A stretch of DNA of 64,000 nt, from assembly GCA_963716255.1 (NCBI GenBank), contig OY970303.1, forward strand, positions 4,928,001-4,992,000, written 5' to 3'. Shown in pieces: positions 36,442 to 45,903 of the stretch (its first letter is position 1; the number at the start of each line of letters is the position of its first letter). Made by a program: the position numbers and the translations under genes. The stretch comes from an uncultured Gemmatimonadales bacterium. Its GTDB lineage: Bacteria; Gemmatimonadota; Gemmatimonadetes; Longimicrobiales; Longimicrobiaceae. Below the pieces are notes generated by a model. That model did no database searches and was not told where the DNA came from. It saw only the letters and a list, made by a program, of their open reading frames with translations.

Positions 36442-37475
36442 GGCGAGTCTCCCTGGGAGGTTGCCGTGGTGCTCGGTTCTGTCGCCTGCGGCGCCACGTT
36501 GGGGTAGTGCGACGAGCACGGGGGAACTCCGGGATCTCCCCGGAGCTCCGCGGCGCACAGCGCGAAGAAGTTGCAGCGGGGGCACTGACCGCGGCGCGAA
36601 GTCAGCGGAAATTCGCCGGCCGCACGCTCGCCCAACTCGTCGACCAGCCCCTCGTACCGTCGCATCTCCCCAGCACTGGCCAGGATCGTGGCCTCTGCCT
36701 CGGCGAGCTGCTCGCAAGTCAGGGTGTAACTCGTTTCCTCTCCGGCCAGAAGGTGAATCACCCTCGCTTCAAGACCGGTCGAACGATTGAAAGGGGCTGT
36801 AGATTGGAGAAAGAGCCCGTATACGCTGACCTGTTCCCGTTCCGTGGAAGGGCTCTTCTTCCCGGTCTTCCAATCCACGACGACGCATGTCCCGCCACGG
36901 GTCCGGTATACGAGGTCTGGAGCTGCCCAGACGGTCGTTTCGCGGGCCTTGAAGCGGGCCGGTGCGTAGATGGCACGTATGTCGTTACGGCGACAGTCGC
37001 GCAGGATGCCCCAGACGGGGGCCTGGTGAAGGCTGTCCAGGCAGCGGGCCGCCTTGTCCCGGGTGCGCTCGACGGCCGGGTCTGCAAGCCCACCACCGTA
37101 GTAGACTTCGTGGAGCATGGTGGCCCGGTTCGGCGCCCGGAGAAACGTGGCCCGGTCCCCGAGCGATGAGAGGTAGGCCCCGTTCAGCGCCTTCCGCACG
37201 GCGTGCCACGACCTGTCCGGCGACGGGAAGGACCGGCCGTCGCGAGTCGCGGCTGCCAGTTCCCGGGCGACCTGGTGAATCGCGATGCCGAGTACCAGGT
37301 CGAGGCTCGTGATGTGCTTGAGGACGTACGCTTGCCTTGCCCGGGGCGTGGCACCAGGCCGGCATCCGACGGGCGCCAGGTGGTAGTGGTAGTAGTAGAG
37401 CCGCGGACAGGATCGCAGCATCCGGTCCCGAGTGAACGACCAGGCGGGACCGTCGGAGTTCCCGGATGTGTCCAT
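36414..37475 (-). CDS. PD-(D/E)XK nuclease (RecB/Cas4-like, 4-Cys)
   Basis: RBS GAGGAGG; SCPRLYYYHY, LGIAIH, APDLV...VVDWKTG, QVSVYG, CPRCNFFALC. Confidence 0.85.
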   Translation of the reverse strand: MDTSGNSDGPAWSFTRDRMLRSCPRLYYYHYHLAPVGCRPGATPRARQAYVLKHITSLDLVLGIAIHQVARELAAATRDGRSFPSPDRSWHAVRKALNGAYLSSLGDRATFLRAPNRATMLHEVYYGGGLADPAVERTRDKAARCLDSLHQAPVWGILRDCRRNDIRAIYAPARFKARETTVWAAPDLVYRTRGGTCVVVDWKTGKKSPSTEREQVSVYGLFLQSTAPFNRSTGLEARVIHLLAGEETSYTLTCEQLAEAEATILASAGEMRRYEGLVDELGERAAGEFPLTSRRGQCPRCNFFALCAAELRGDPGVPPCSSHYPNVAPQATEPSTTATSQGDSPCVRPAMGT

Positions 37476-37622
37476 TTTCCCCTCCTCTGCCCTGTAGACG
37501 GAGGGGGGCACCGGCGAGGAGACCTGTCCGGGATCAGCCGGTCAGGATCGGAGCGACCAGGGCCAGGACATCGTGGCCATGGACGGCCGGTCCGTCCTCT
37601 TCCAGATCGCTCGATCGCGGCC

Positions 37623-37737
37623 TGGCGAGCTGGACAGGTGGTGATCCTGGACTATCTCTCCGCACAAAGCCGATAAGGTGCGGGAACTGTTCGAAGCGGC
37701 CGGATGCCGTTTCCTGCGCGTACTCTCGTTCGCTCCT
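37623..37737 (+). mobile_element. IS630-family (DDE_3) transposase remnant
   Basis: GQVVILDYLS, then after a frameshift HKADKVRELFEAAGCRFL, matching the VvvDNlsaHK...reliea.g..l.fLP pattern. Confidence 0.6.
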
Positions 37738-38261
37738 TGGTGCCTTGCGCCAGGGAGCGAACTCGTTCGGCCGGCCGAAGTGGCCTCGGACGGTGCCGGG
37801 ACTGCGTCCCCCTTCGGACGCCTACCGCCGGACCAGCGGTTTCTTGGGTGGCCGCGCCGGCACCTACGGGTATCTTCGACGAAGACCTAGCGATGCTGCG
37901 GGAGGATCTGAGGGGGATGCGGCTGATCACCGATCTCACGCGGAAGTACCGACACAAGCTGACGGTTTGCTCCCCCGGCGACGAACCGGGCGTGTGGATC
38001 GTCGAGCTGGCTCACCGCCGCGGTGCTCCGGTCATCCGTATCGAAACCTGGAATCTCGCCTCGGCGTTCGCGACTCTGCTTGCCGCCGCGGAGCACGACG
38101 GCTTCCGGGACGAGCTGGCAGAGTCGGAAAAGGAGTAGCGGTGCCGGTTGAGCTCGCCTGCCGCTGAGCGCGGACTCGGGCGCTCACAGCATGCGTGCTT
38201 CGCAGGTCCGCTGATCGGCAGCCGATGGGTTGCCCGGGCTTATACGAACGGGGGAGGGACG

Positions 38262-39548
38262 GTGGCTGATCCCGGATGGTGGCTGGAGCCGGAGGTGGAT
38301 CGCACGGCCATCGTGCGAGAAAACGGGGCGGAGGCCGGAGAGATCCTGTGGCAGGTCCTGCAGAGTGTGCGGGCCGGCTTCTTTCTGGCTGGGGGTACTT
38401 CGAACGGTGTCGTGCTGCCGCCGCCGCCCACGCGGGATGAGCGATATCGCCATCTGCGCCCCATCGCCGCATGGCTCGGTCTGCTCGACCAGCTGGTTCG
38501 GGATGCCAGCGTCGCGGAGATAGAATCCGAGCAGGAGCGACGGGAGATGACCGCCAACACCGCCTCCTTCATCGCGGAGTGGCTGGAGGAGCGGGCGGCT
38601 TACGCTACGGCGCTCGCCTATGCGCAGATCGCCGCAGCCGTGGAGCCGTCGATTCCTTGGAACCCCTACCACGTGGGCCGCCTTTCCCGAAAGGCGGACG
38701 CATCGGAGCATGCGGTGGTCTGGCTCCGCCGCGCCGGGCATGCGGCCCGTGGCAGCGGGGATGCATTCGTCCAGGCGGTTGCGCTGGAGGGGATCGGCCA
38801 CGTGCACCGGCAGGGAGGCAGGCTCGTTCGGGCGAGGAGCTACTTCCGCCACGCGTTCGAGTGCGCTCGCCGTCACGACCTCGTTTCACTCGCGGGAGAC
38901 CTGCTCGCAAACCTTTGTCTCGTCGAGCTGGAGCTGGGCGATTCAGCGGCGGCTACCCGCCACTGGGACTGGGCACTTGGCCTGTACGAGACGGGAGACC
39001 CGCGGATGCACCTGCTCGTCCAGAATGCCGCCGGGCTTCTGATGGACCGGTATGGGGTCTACGAGCAGATGTTCTTCATCTTCGACGCGTTGCTCGACCA
39101 CGTCTGGCGACCTCAGGACCGGCTCCTCCTGCACGGCCAGCGCGGGCGGGCGGCCGCGGGCGCGCGGCTCACGGACGACTTCGAGCTGTCGTGGAACGAG
39201 GTGTTTGCTTCCGTCCGCCGAACAGGTCAGGAGAGAGCTGACGCTGCGGCACTCGTCCATCTCGCCCATGGCGCGGCCCTGCTCCGTCAGTGGCAGCGCG
39301 CCGAGTTCGCGCTGTCGCAGGCGACCTCTGTTGCCCGAGGGGTGCACGACGATGCCGCCGCCCTTCAAGCCGAGCGGCTGTTGGCCGGGCGATCAGACCA
39401 CGTGGACCCGGCGCGCCGTTGGGCGAAGCTGAGCTTCCTGCGCCACTTCGAGGCCGATCCGGAGGTGGTGGAGCACTTCCACACCTCGGGAACAGTGCGC
39501 CTTCGCCAGCGTGACCGAGGAGATCCGTCCATCCCCGGAAACCGGTGA
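38262..39548 (+). CDS. TPR-repeat protein
   Basis: RBS GGAGG before GTG 38262; helical repeats such as ALEGIGHVHRQGGRLVRARSYFRHA and LANLCLVELELGD. Confidence 0.75.
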   Translation: MADPGWWLEPEVDRTAIVRENGAEAGEILWQVLQSVRAGFFLAGGTSNGVVLPPPPTRDERYRHLRPIAAWLGLLDQLVRDASVAEIESEQERREMTANTASFIAEWLEERAAYATALAYAQIAAAVEPSIPWNPYHVGRLSRKADASEHAVVWLRRAGHAARGSGDAFVQAVALEGIGHVHRQGGRLVRARSYFRHAFECARRHDLVSLAGDLLANLCLVELELGDSAAATRHWDWALGLYETGDPRMHLLVQNAAGLLMDRYGVYEQMFFIFDALLDHVWRPQDRLLLHGQRGRAAAGARLTDDFELSWNEVFASVRRTGQERADAAALVHLAHGAALLRQWQRAEFALSQATSVARGVHDDAAALQAERLLAGRSDHVDPARRWAKLSFLRHFEADPEVVEHFHTSGTVRLRQRDRGDPSIPGNR

Positions 39549-39765
39549 ATGGAGTCGCCCGATTCAGCCGGGTGCACGCCGTGGGCCCGCAATGACGGAT
39601 CCCGACTTCGATGGATCGAGCGGACCCGTAGGCGAAAACGCAGCGGAGATGTCGTGATAGAACACGGGTGACTCGCAGATCGGGAGTTCTCTAATAAGAC
39701 ACGGGATGCCGCGCCGCCTGGACCGCCAGCAACCGCTTGTGGGAGCCCGCAGCCCTATCGATCAC

Positions 39766-39786
39766 CGTCGACAAAATCCTCGACAA
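39766..39786 (+). repeat. 21-bp direct repeat copy 1 (CGTCGACAAAATCCTCGACAA)
   Basis: Identical to 40487-40507. Confidence 0.85.
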
Positions 39787-39921
39787 ATGGTGGCTATGCT
39801 ATCGTTGTTGATGGTGTAGCCACCACCGCAAAGCGACAGGTCCAACAGGGTGTAACTACCTTTCATGGTACATCTTGGCCGATCTGGGGCCTGGTTGGAT
39901 GAACCCGGAAGAGGCAGTGCT

Positions 39922-40477
39922 CCACATGTGGGAGCTGTACGCCATGTGGGCTTTCGTCTACGTCTTTTTTGTGGATTTTTTCCTGGCGCGGGGAACGGGT
40001 GAGGTGCGCGCCGGGGTGCTCTCGGGGGCGGTCGCCTTCGCCGTGATCGGGACGGGCGCGCTGGGGTGCGTGGTGGCGGGGGCGTGGGCGGACCGGCTGG
40101 GGCGGGAGCGCGTCACCATCTGGGCGATGGCCGCGAGCGGGGCGTGCGCGCTGCTCATGGGCTGGCTGCTGCACGCGCCGGTTGCGCTGGTGCTGGGTGT
40201 AGCCCTGGTCTGGGGTTTCGCGGTGGTGGCGGACTCCGCGCAGTTCAGCGCCGTGGTCACCGAGGTGGCGCCGGCGCACGCGGTGGGGACGGCGCTGACG
40301 TTCCAGACGGCGCTCGGGTTCCTGCTGACCTCGGTGACGCTCACCGCCGTCCCCTACCTGCGGGATGCCGGGGGGTGGCCCCTGGCGTTCGGCGTCCTGG
40401 CGCTGGGTCCGGCGGCCGGGATCGCGGCGATGCGGAGGCTGAAAAATCTCCGAATTGCGATCACATCAGACTCGTAG
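39922..40477 (+). pseudogene. 3' half of an MFS transporter gene (5' part missing)
   Basis: Homology begins abruptly at HMWELYAMW; GAWADRLGR, VVADSAQFSAVVTE, GTALTFQTALGF. Confidence 0.8.
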
Positions 40478-40486
40478 AACCTCGGT

Positions 40487-40507
40487 CGTCGACAAAATCC
40501 TCGACAA
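40487..40507 (+). repeat. 21-bp direct repeat copy 2
   Basis: Identical to 39766-39786. Confidence 0.85.
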
Positions 40508-40774
40508 GTCCAGTCGCTTGCAGCCTCACAGAGCCGATGGAGCTCGCGGTCCTCTCCTGTGGCCAGCTCACATTCTCGATCCGCACTCCACGCACCCTGA
40601 CCACGTACGACATCCCCCGTCCGGACGCGATGCCCGCCCTCGCCGTGTAAGGTGTTGTGGGGAGCCCCCGGGGGACGCGTAGGCGTTCCCGCTGCGCAGG
40701 TGCGTGGAATCCCCGATGTCCAAACCCCTCCGCAGGCGCATCTTTCGGCTGGACTCCAGAGGAGGATACCCGCC

Positions 40775-41302
40775 ATGCTGCCCGAGCCGCTTCATCCTGC
40801 CGTCGTCCACTTCCCCATCGTACTGATGATCCTGCTCCCGCTCTTTGCGCTGGGCGCTCTGTTGGCGATCCGGCGAGGGAGCCGGCCCCGCCTGGCGGGG
40901 GGGCTGCCGTTGGCCGTGTCGGCGGCCCTCGCCGCCAGCGCGCTGGCCGCCGTGCGTACCGGGGAGGCGCAGGAGGCAAAGGTGGAGGACGTGGTGGGCG
41001 AGCGCGCGCTCCACGTGCACGAGGAGGCGGCCGAGCGTTTCCAGATCCTAGCTGGCGTCCTGCTGCTCGTGGCCGCCACGGGGATGGCGGGGGGGAGGGT
41101 TGGGGCGGCCGGCCGGTGGCTCACGGTCGTGGGCTCGGTCGGGGTGGCGCTCGCGGGCGTACAGGTGGGGTCGAGCGGGGGCGAGCTGGTCTACGAGCAC
41201 GGCGCAGCGAGCGCGTACGGAAGCGCTGCCTCCCCCGTGGGGACGGTGGCCATCCCGGCGCGTCCGGGCGGCGGGGAGCGCGTCGAAGGGCCGCGGGACT
41301 GA
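40775..41302 (+). CDS. DUF2231-like membrane protein
   Basis: RBS GGAGG; MLPEPLHPAVVHFPIVL...TGE...HEEAA...GGELVYEHGA. Confidence 0.8.
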   Translation: MLPEPLHPAVVHFPIVLMILLPLFALGALLAIRRGSRPRLAGGLPLAVSAALAASALAAVRTGEAQEAKVEDVVGERALHVHEEAAERFQILAGVLLLVAATGMAGGRVGAAGRWLTVVGSVGVALAGVQVGSSGGELVYEHGAASAYGSAASPVGTVAIPARPGGGERVEGPRD

Positions 41303-41429
41303 ACGGACCTCTGGACACGGGAGGGGCAGGTGAGGAGAATCGTCAGCACGCCATCTGCCTGCCGGCACCGGCTTCCGTGCTCGGGCTGCCCCTGCGGGAT
41401 CGTGCCGCCCACCCCGTCCCTGTTGCGCG

Positions 41430-42791
41430 TCAGCCGCCGTGCGCTTCCCGGTATGCTACCCCGGCGCGCCGAAGCCCGCCGTCGTCGCTGAGGAGCCGGA
41501 GAAGCCCTGGCTTGTCGACGCCCGCCAGCAAGGCGGCCGTCAACGCCGCGCGGTTGTATTCCAGGCAGCAGTGGAGGAGCGGAATGAGGCCGCCCGTTTC
41601 CGTCTCGATCCGGCGAAGCGCCTGGGGGCTCAGAACTCCCCCGTGGACGTAGCGGCTCCTCACGTCGTATGCCCGGCGGATCGTCCGCTGGACCTCGCCC
41701 GGATCGAAGCCGCACGCCTCCAGCAGCGCCGCCGCGCGCTCGGCGAGGTTCGAGGAGACCCGCTGTTTCTCGGTGTCCTGGAGGAAGAGCGACTCGAGCG
41801 AACGGACCACGTTCGCGATACGCTCGTTCACGTAACCGAAGCGGCCTGCTTCCGCCTTGTAGTTGAACCACGCCGCGTCGAGTCCCACCGGGTCTTCCGG
41901 CCGGTTCGAGTAGAACTCCCGGGGGAGGGCGGAGCCGACGGCCTCCCAGAACCGCGGCAGCCGCGCCGCGCCGGCGGCGAGGATGGAGTAGGTGCGCCGG
42001 GAGCCACCGTCCTGGTCCAGCAGGACGAAGCCTCCGTGCACGTCCACCAACGACTCCGTACCCGTCTCGGCCCGGCTCCAGGCGACTCCGCCGACGCCGA
42101 AGAGCCGGAGGATCGCCACCGCGCGCTCCAGGAGAGGCTGCCACCCGGCCCCGTCGGTCGCCTCGTATTCCAGTCGGAGGAGGGCGGAGGGGCGCGATCG
42201 CACGCGCCGCTCTGCCGCTTCCGACCATTCCAGGTAGATGTCGCCGCCAAGGTCAGCGGGCTCGACTTTGCGGAGGGACACCCGCACGCCGTCCGGAGCA
42301 TCGAACTCCAGCGGCGGGCAGAGCACCGCCACGCCCACCAGGTCGGCGTCGATCCAGGCGCGCACCGGCAGCGCGCGCAGCGAGCGGAACAGCCGCTCGG
42401 AGCGCCGCTCCACCTCGTCGTCGGGAACCCCGGTCCCTTCCAGCTCGTCCAGCATCAGCCACCCGCACATGTGTTCAGCGGCCCGGAGGACCGTGGACGG
42501 GTCAGGGTTGAGTCCGGACAGGGAGGCCGCGGCCGTCTCGATCTCCGGCCGCATCCCGGCCATGGCCCGTTGCAGCGGGTCGCCGATCCAGAGGTCCTTC
42601 ATCACGACGGACCGCCGGAGGTCGTGGTTGTCGATCCCCGCTTCACCATAGGCGAAGCGGGGGAACTCGAAGCGCACGTGGGGACGTGCCATGGGCCCCC
42701 ATGCGGGATCCCGGCGGAGCGCCACGAAACGAGCCCGGACGGCATCGCGCAGCTTGCGGACTGCTTCGGAGACGACAGGGTCAGGCGTCAC
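41430..42791 (-). CDS. HEPN (ApeA-like) domain protein
   Basis: C-terminal SLESLF...LAERAAALL...RRAYDVRSRYVHGG (R-X4-H). Confidence 0.7.
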   Translation of the reverse strand: MTPDPVVSEAVRKLRDAVRARFVALRRDPAWGPMARPHVRFEFPRFAYGEAGIDNHDLRRSVVMKDLWIGDPLQRAMAGMRPEIETAAASLSGLNPDPSTVLRAAEHMCGWLMLDELEGTGVPDDEVERRSERLFRSLRALPVRAWIDADLVGVAVLCPPLEFDAPDGVRVSLRKVEPADLGGDIYLEWSEAAERRVRSRPSALLRLEYEATDGAGWQPLLERAVAILRLFGVGGVAWSRAETGTESLVDVHGGFVLLDQDGGSRRTYSILAAGAARLPRFWEAVGSALPREFYSNRPEDPVGLDAAWFNYKAEAGRFGYVNERIANVVRSLESLFLQDTEKQRVSSNLAERAAALLEACGFDPGEVQRTIRRAYDVRSRYVHGGVLSPQALRRIETETGGLIPLLHCCLEYNRAALTAALLAGVDKPGLLRLLSDDGGLRRAGVAYREAHGG

Positions 42792-43141
42792 GCTCTCTCG
42801 CTCTGCGGCGGGGTTCCATGAGATCTGAGCAGCCGCGAATCACCGTCCGAGGAGTCGGCCGCGTTCGATCTCCCACCCGAGCCGGCGATCCCCGCGCAAG
42901 CGTCGCGCCTGCTGGAGCGGCGTTGAGACACGCTGATGATCCGGTCCGAGGAGCCGGACCGGCAGGCCCCGCCCAGGTTCGTCCGGTGCGAGCGCCGCCC
43001 CGGGCAGAGATCCCTGGCCCCCCACGACTCTCCGGTTTGCTCCTACGCGGAATCGAGGGAAGCCCTACGCCCGGAGTGGCGCGGCCGAACCACCTTGAAT
43101 GATCGGACAGGCGCCCGCCGCGTCGGTGCGGCCGCGCGGAG

Positions 43142-43291
43142 GCCACCCTCGGCGGCAAGATGATCCTGCGGGGGATGGTGCGCACCTGGTTGGAGCGCGA
43201 GGACGCCGAGCGGGCAGCCTGGGCCGCGCCGGGTGTGAAGGAGGTGGAAAGCCACATCACCCTCGGTGCCATGGAGCTGGCGGTCTTCTGA
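43142..43291 (+). pseudogene. BON-domain (OsmY-like) fragment
   Basis: GGKMILRGMVRTWLEREDAERAAWAAPGVKEVESHITL. Confidence 0.65.
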
Positions 43292-43317
43292 GGACGAAGG
43301 AGGCAAGGAGGGTCGGC

Positions 43318-43725
43318 TCAGGCTCTCCCCGCGGCTTGCTTGGCCCTGCCCCGGGCGGCAGAAGAACGCGGCCCCGTCGCCTCCTGCGAGGTGGCGGGGC
43401 CGCTCCACACCTGGCCTGCCCCCTCCAGCCGGGCTCCGGTCCCAGTGCTGATCCTGGCCGACCAGACGACGCGCTCTCCTTCCAGCACGTAGAGGCGGTG
43501 CTCCTCCAGGGAGATCCGGACCTGCCGGCGTTCCGCGGACGCGGGCACCCGCGCGACGCCGAGCAGGCCCGCGTCCCAGGTGGGGAGGGACCCCGATGGC
43601 GGTGCGGGCTGCTGGGCCGCGGCACAGTTCCGCGGCCGCACCACCAGCAGGGCGAGCGGCATCGCCAGCGTGAGGGCGAGGCGCAGCTGCCGCGCAGGCG
43701 AGGCCGGCCTGCTGCCCCGTCTCAT
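43318..43725 (-). pseudogene. Truncated L,D-transpeptidase (YkuD) N-terminus
   Basis: Signal peptide plus VRISLEEHRLYVLEGERVVWSARISTG; the catalytic HG...SHGC region is absent. Confidence 0.6.
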
Positions 43726-44048
43726 TGCGCACCTGCCAGCTTCGAGAGGACCTGCCGGAACTGCTCGGCGGGAAGCGCGCCCTCCACCAGGCGGCCGTTG
43801 ATGAAGAAGGAGGGCGTGGCACGCACCCGCAGGGCGTCGGCGGCGCGGTTGTTGAGGGCGGTCCGGGCGCCTCCGCGATCTTCGTGGTAGCAGGTGGCAA
43901 AGCGGCTGCCGTCCCTCAGCTCGTCCAGGGTGAGCCCCGTCACGAACCCCACGTAGCTGGGCACGATCGGGAAGACGCAGGGCGACAGGAACGAGACCAG
44001 CCCGGCCAGGAAGGCGAGCCCGAGCGGGAACGAGGCAAACTCCGTCAT
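43722..44048 (-). pseudogene. CcdA(N-term)-DsbA(C-term) deletion chimera
   Basis: LAFLAGLVSFLSPCVFPIVPSY joined in frame to RFATCY...VRATPSFFINGRLVEGA. Confidence 0.7.
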
Positions 44049-44450
44049 CGACCACCTCCCTGCCTCGGGGAGCCGGGGAGCGGCTCATCCAGCAGGCGGC
44101 CCACCGCCATCCGCAGCGCCGGCTCCGCGAACATCCCCCGCACCTCCTGCCGGATGCGTCCCTCGCGGTCGATCAGGAAGGAGGTGGGGAGCGCGGAGAC
44201 CCCGCCGAAGTCGCGGACGACCGCTCCGGTGGCCATCGCCACCGGGAAGGTGATGCCCCGCTCCTGGAGGAACGAGCGCACACCTCCTCCCCCGCCTGGT
44301 CCGTGGAGATCCCGAGGACGACGAAGCCGTCGCCGCGCCGTTCCTCGTAGACGCGCTGGAAGCCCGGCATCTCGATGCGGCAGGGCGGGCACCAGGTGGC
44401 CCAGAAGTTCACCAGCACCACCTGTCCGCGGAGCTGCTCCAGCTCCACGT
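44045..44450 (-). pseudogene. TlpA/ResA thioredoxin, frameshifted and 5'-truncated
   Basis: VVLVNFWATWCPPCRIEMP in one frame and VRSFL...ALPTSFLIDREG in another; 1-nt loss near 44280. Confidence 0.75.
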
Positions 44451-44514
44451 GGGCCCCCGTGTCCCGGACCCCGAGCGAGGAGGATCCGCCTGCGTCCCAC
44501 CCGCCCGGCGAGGC

Positions 44515-44650
44515 ACCACGGGCTCATCCACGTGGGCGCCGATCTCCGCGGCGTGCTCTCCCAGGGTGTCCAGCGGCACATTGTAGGCGCCGGGGATGTG
44601 CACCGTCTCGTACTCGCCCGGCGTCCGCACGTCGAGTAGGCGGATCCTGG
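44515..44650 (-). pseudogene. Rhodanese-domain fragment
   Basis: IRLLDVRTPGEYETVHIPGAYNVPLDTL; the catalytic Cys loop is missing. Confidence 0.65.
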
Positions 44651-44894
44651 AACAGACCCGCGAACGGGCACACCTCGGCTCGGGGAGGGCACCCTGAACA
44701 TGATGGAAGTCCCGGAGGTCCGGAGCCGCACGACGGTGCTTCTCGTTCGGGGCGCAACGAGGCTTCAGCTGGACAAAGGCCAGGCGCCCGCGCGCGCTGC
44801 GTCCCTACTGCGAGACCCCGGGGATCGGTTCAGGCGTCCGGAAGCCCAGGAACCCCGGGTGACGTAGCGGAACGTACCGTTGCGGCGGGCCAGG

Positions 44895-45287
44895 TCACGG
44901 CGCCTCCTCCACGTGCCGGACCCCCTCCTCCAGGAGGCGGTCGATGTGCTCGTCGTCGAGGGCGTAGTAGGCGATCTTGCCTTCCTTGCGGTAGCGCACC
45001 AGGCGGAGCTGCCGGAGCGCGCGCAGGGAGTGGGATACGGCGGACTGCGACATCCCGAGGACGTTGGCGAGGTCGCAGACGCACAGCTCCTCGCGCGAGA
45101 GCGCCCACACGATCGAAAGGCGGGTGGGGTCGCCCAGCACCTTGAACGTCTCCGCGAGCGCGGCCAAGGTCGGTGCGGGCTTCATCTCGTTCCGGGCGCG
45201 CCGGACCTTGACCTCGTCCACGCACTGGACTTCGCAAAGGTCGCTCCCCGCCTGGGGAACTACTCCTACCTGTTTGCTTGCACGCAT
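44895..45287 (-). CDS. ArsR/SmtB/CadC-family metal-responsive repressor
   Basis: DLCEVQC, FKVLGDPTRL, ELCVCDLA, SQSAVSHSLR, YYALDDEH. Confidence 0.92.
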   Translation of the reverse strand: MRASKQVGVVPQAGSDLCEVQCVDEVKVRRARNEMKPAPTLAALAETFKVLGDPTRLSIVWALSREELCVCDLANVLGMSQSAVSHSLRALRQLRLVRYRKEGKIAYYALDDEHIDRLLEEGVRHVEEAP

Positions 45288-45303
45288 GAACACCCTTTCA
45301 TAT
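45286..45303. promoter_or_regulatory. SmtB/CadC-type operator
   Basis: ATGAA-caccct-TTCATAT inverted repeat between the divergent arsR and efflux operon. Confidence 0.6.
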
Positions 45304-45376
45304 ATTGAGGCCGACGAATCATATTCGGGCCCGGGACACCTGTCCAGGCCCGTGGCACCACCCGCAAACCTCGCTC

Positions 45377-45742
45377 GTGCGTAGACTGCTCGCCCTCGTC
45401 CTGCTGCTCGTGACCGCTGCCTCCGCTCTGGAGTCGGTGCGGGGCGAGCTGCGCGACGGCGCGGTACACCACGAAAGCGCTGCCACGGCTGCCTTCCACG
45501 CGCTCGACGCGCAGGGGGACCACGGCCACGAGGACGGCTCCCTCCCCGGGAGCCACCGCCACTCGCGCGGACACGAGCACGGTACGAACTCCGACCACTG
45601 CACGCACCAGCACGGTCCTGCCATGCTGACTGCTGCCGAGGAGCCCCTTTTCACCTGCCTCACCCGCGAGCCAACGGTCGCCGTAGCCGCGTTCTTCCCC
45701 GACCGAACCCCAGTCCGGCTCTTCCACCCTCCGCGCGCGTAA
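45377..45742 (+). CDS. His-rich exported CzcI/DUF2946-like protein
   Basis: Signal-like RRLLALVLLLVTAA; His cluster with HCTHQH; ends LFHPPRA. Confidence 0.65.
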   Translation: MRRLLALVLLLVTAASALESVRGELRDGAVHHESAATAAFHALDAQGDHGHEDGSLPGSHRHSRGHEHGTNSDHCTHQHGPAMLTAAEEPLFTCLTREPTVAVAAFFPDRTPVRLFHPPRA

Positions 45743-45903
45743 CCCTACGGCGAGTCGTCCGGCGAGCCTCCGCTCCGCCCGGGACCGCCAGCGTCCGCTC
45801 AGGACGCATCTCGAACCATCCGTAGCTCCAGACCACCGGTCGCGATTCCCCACAGGCACCTGCCCGTGGGGAGCGCCCGGGCACATTCGAGAGAGGGTCC
45901 TAC

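Noticed and set aside
36414..37475. CRISPR-Cas locus (Cas4-like gene)
   Set aside because: No repeat-spacer array or other cas genes were seen anywhere in the window.
37704..38138. 144-aa ORF
   Set aside because: The 5' part overlaps the IS remnant; the 3' ~80 codons may be coding but carry no recognisable motif.
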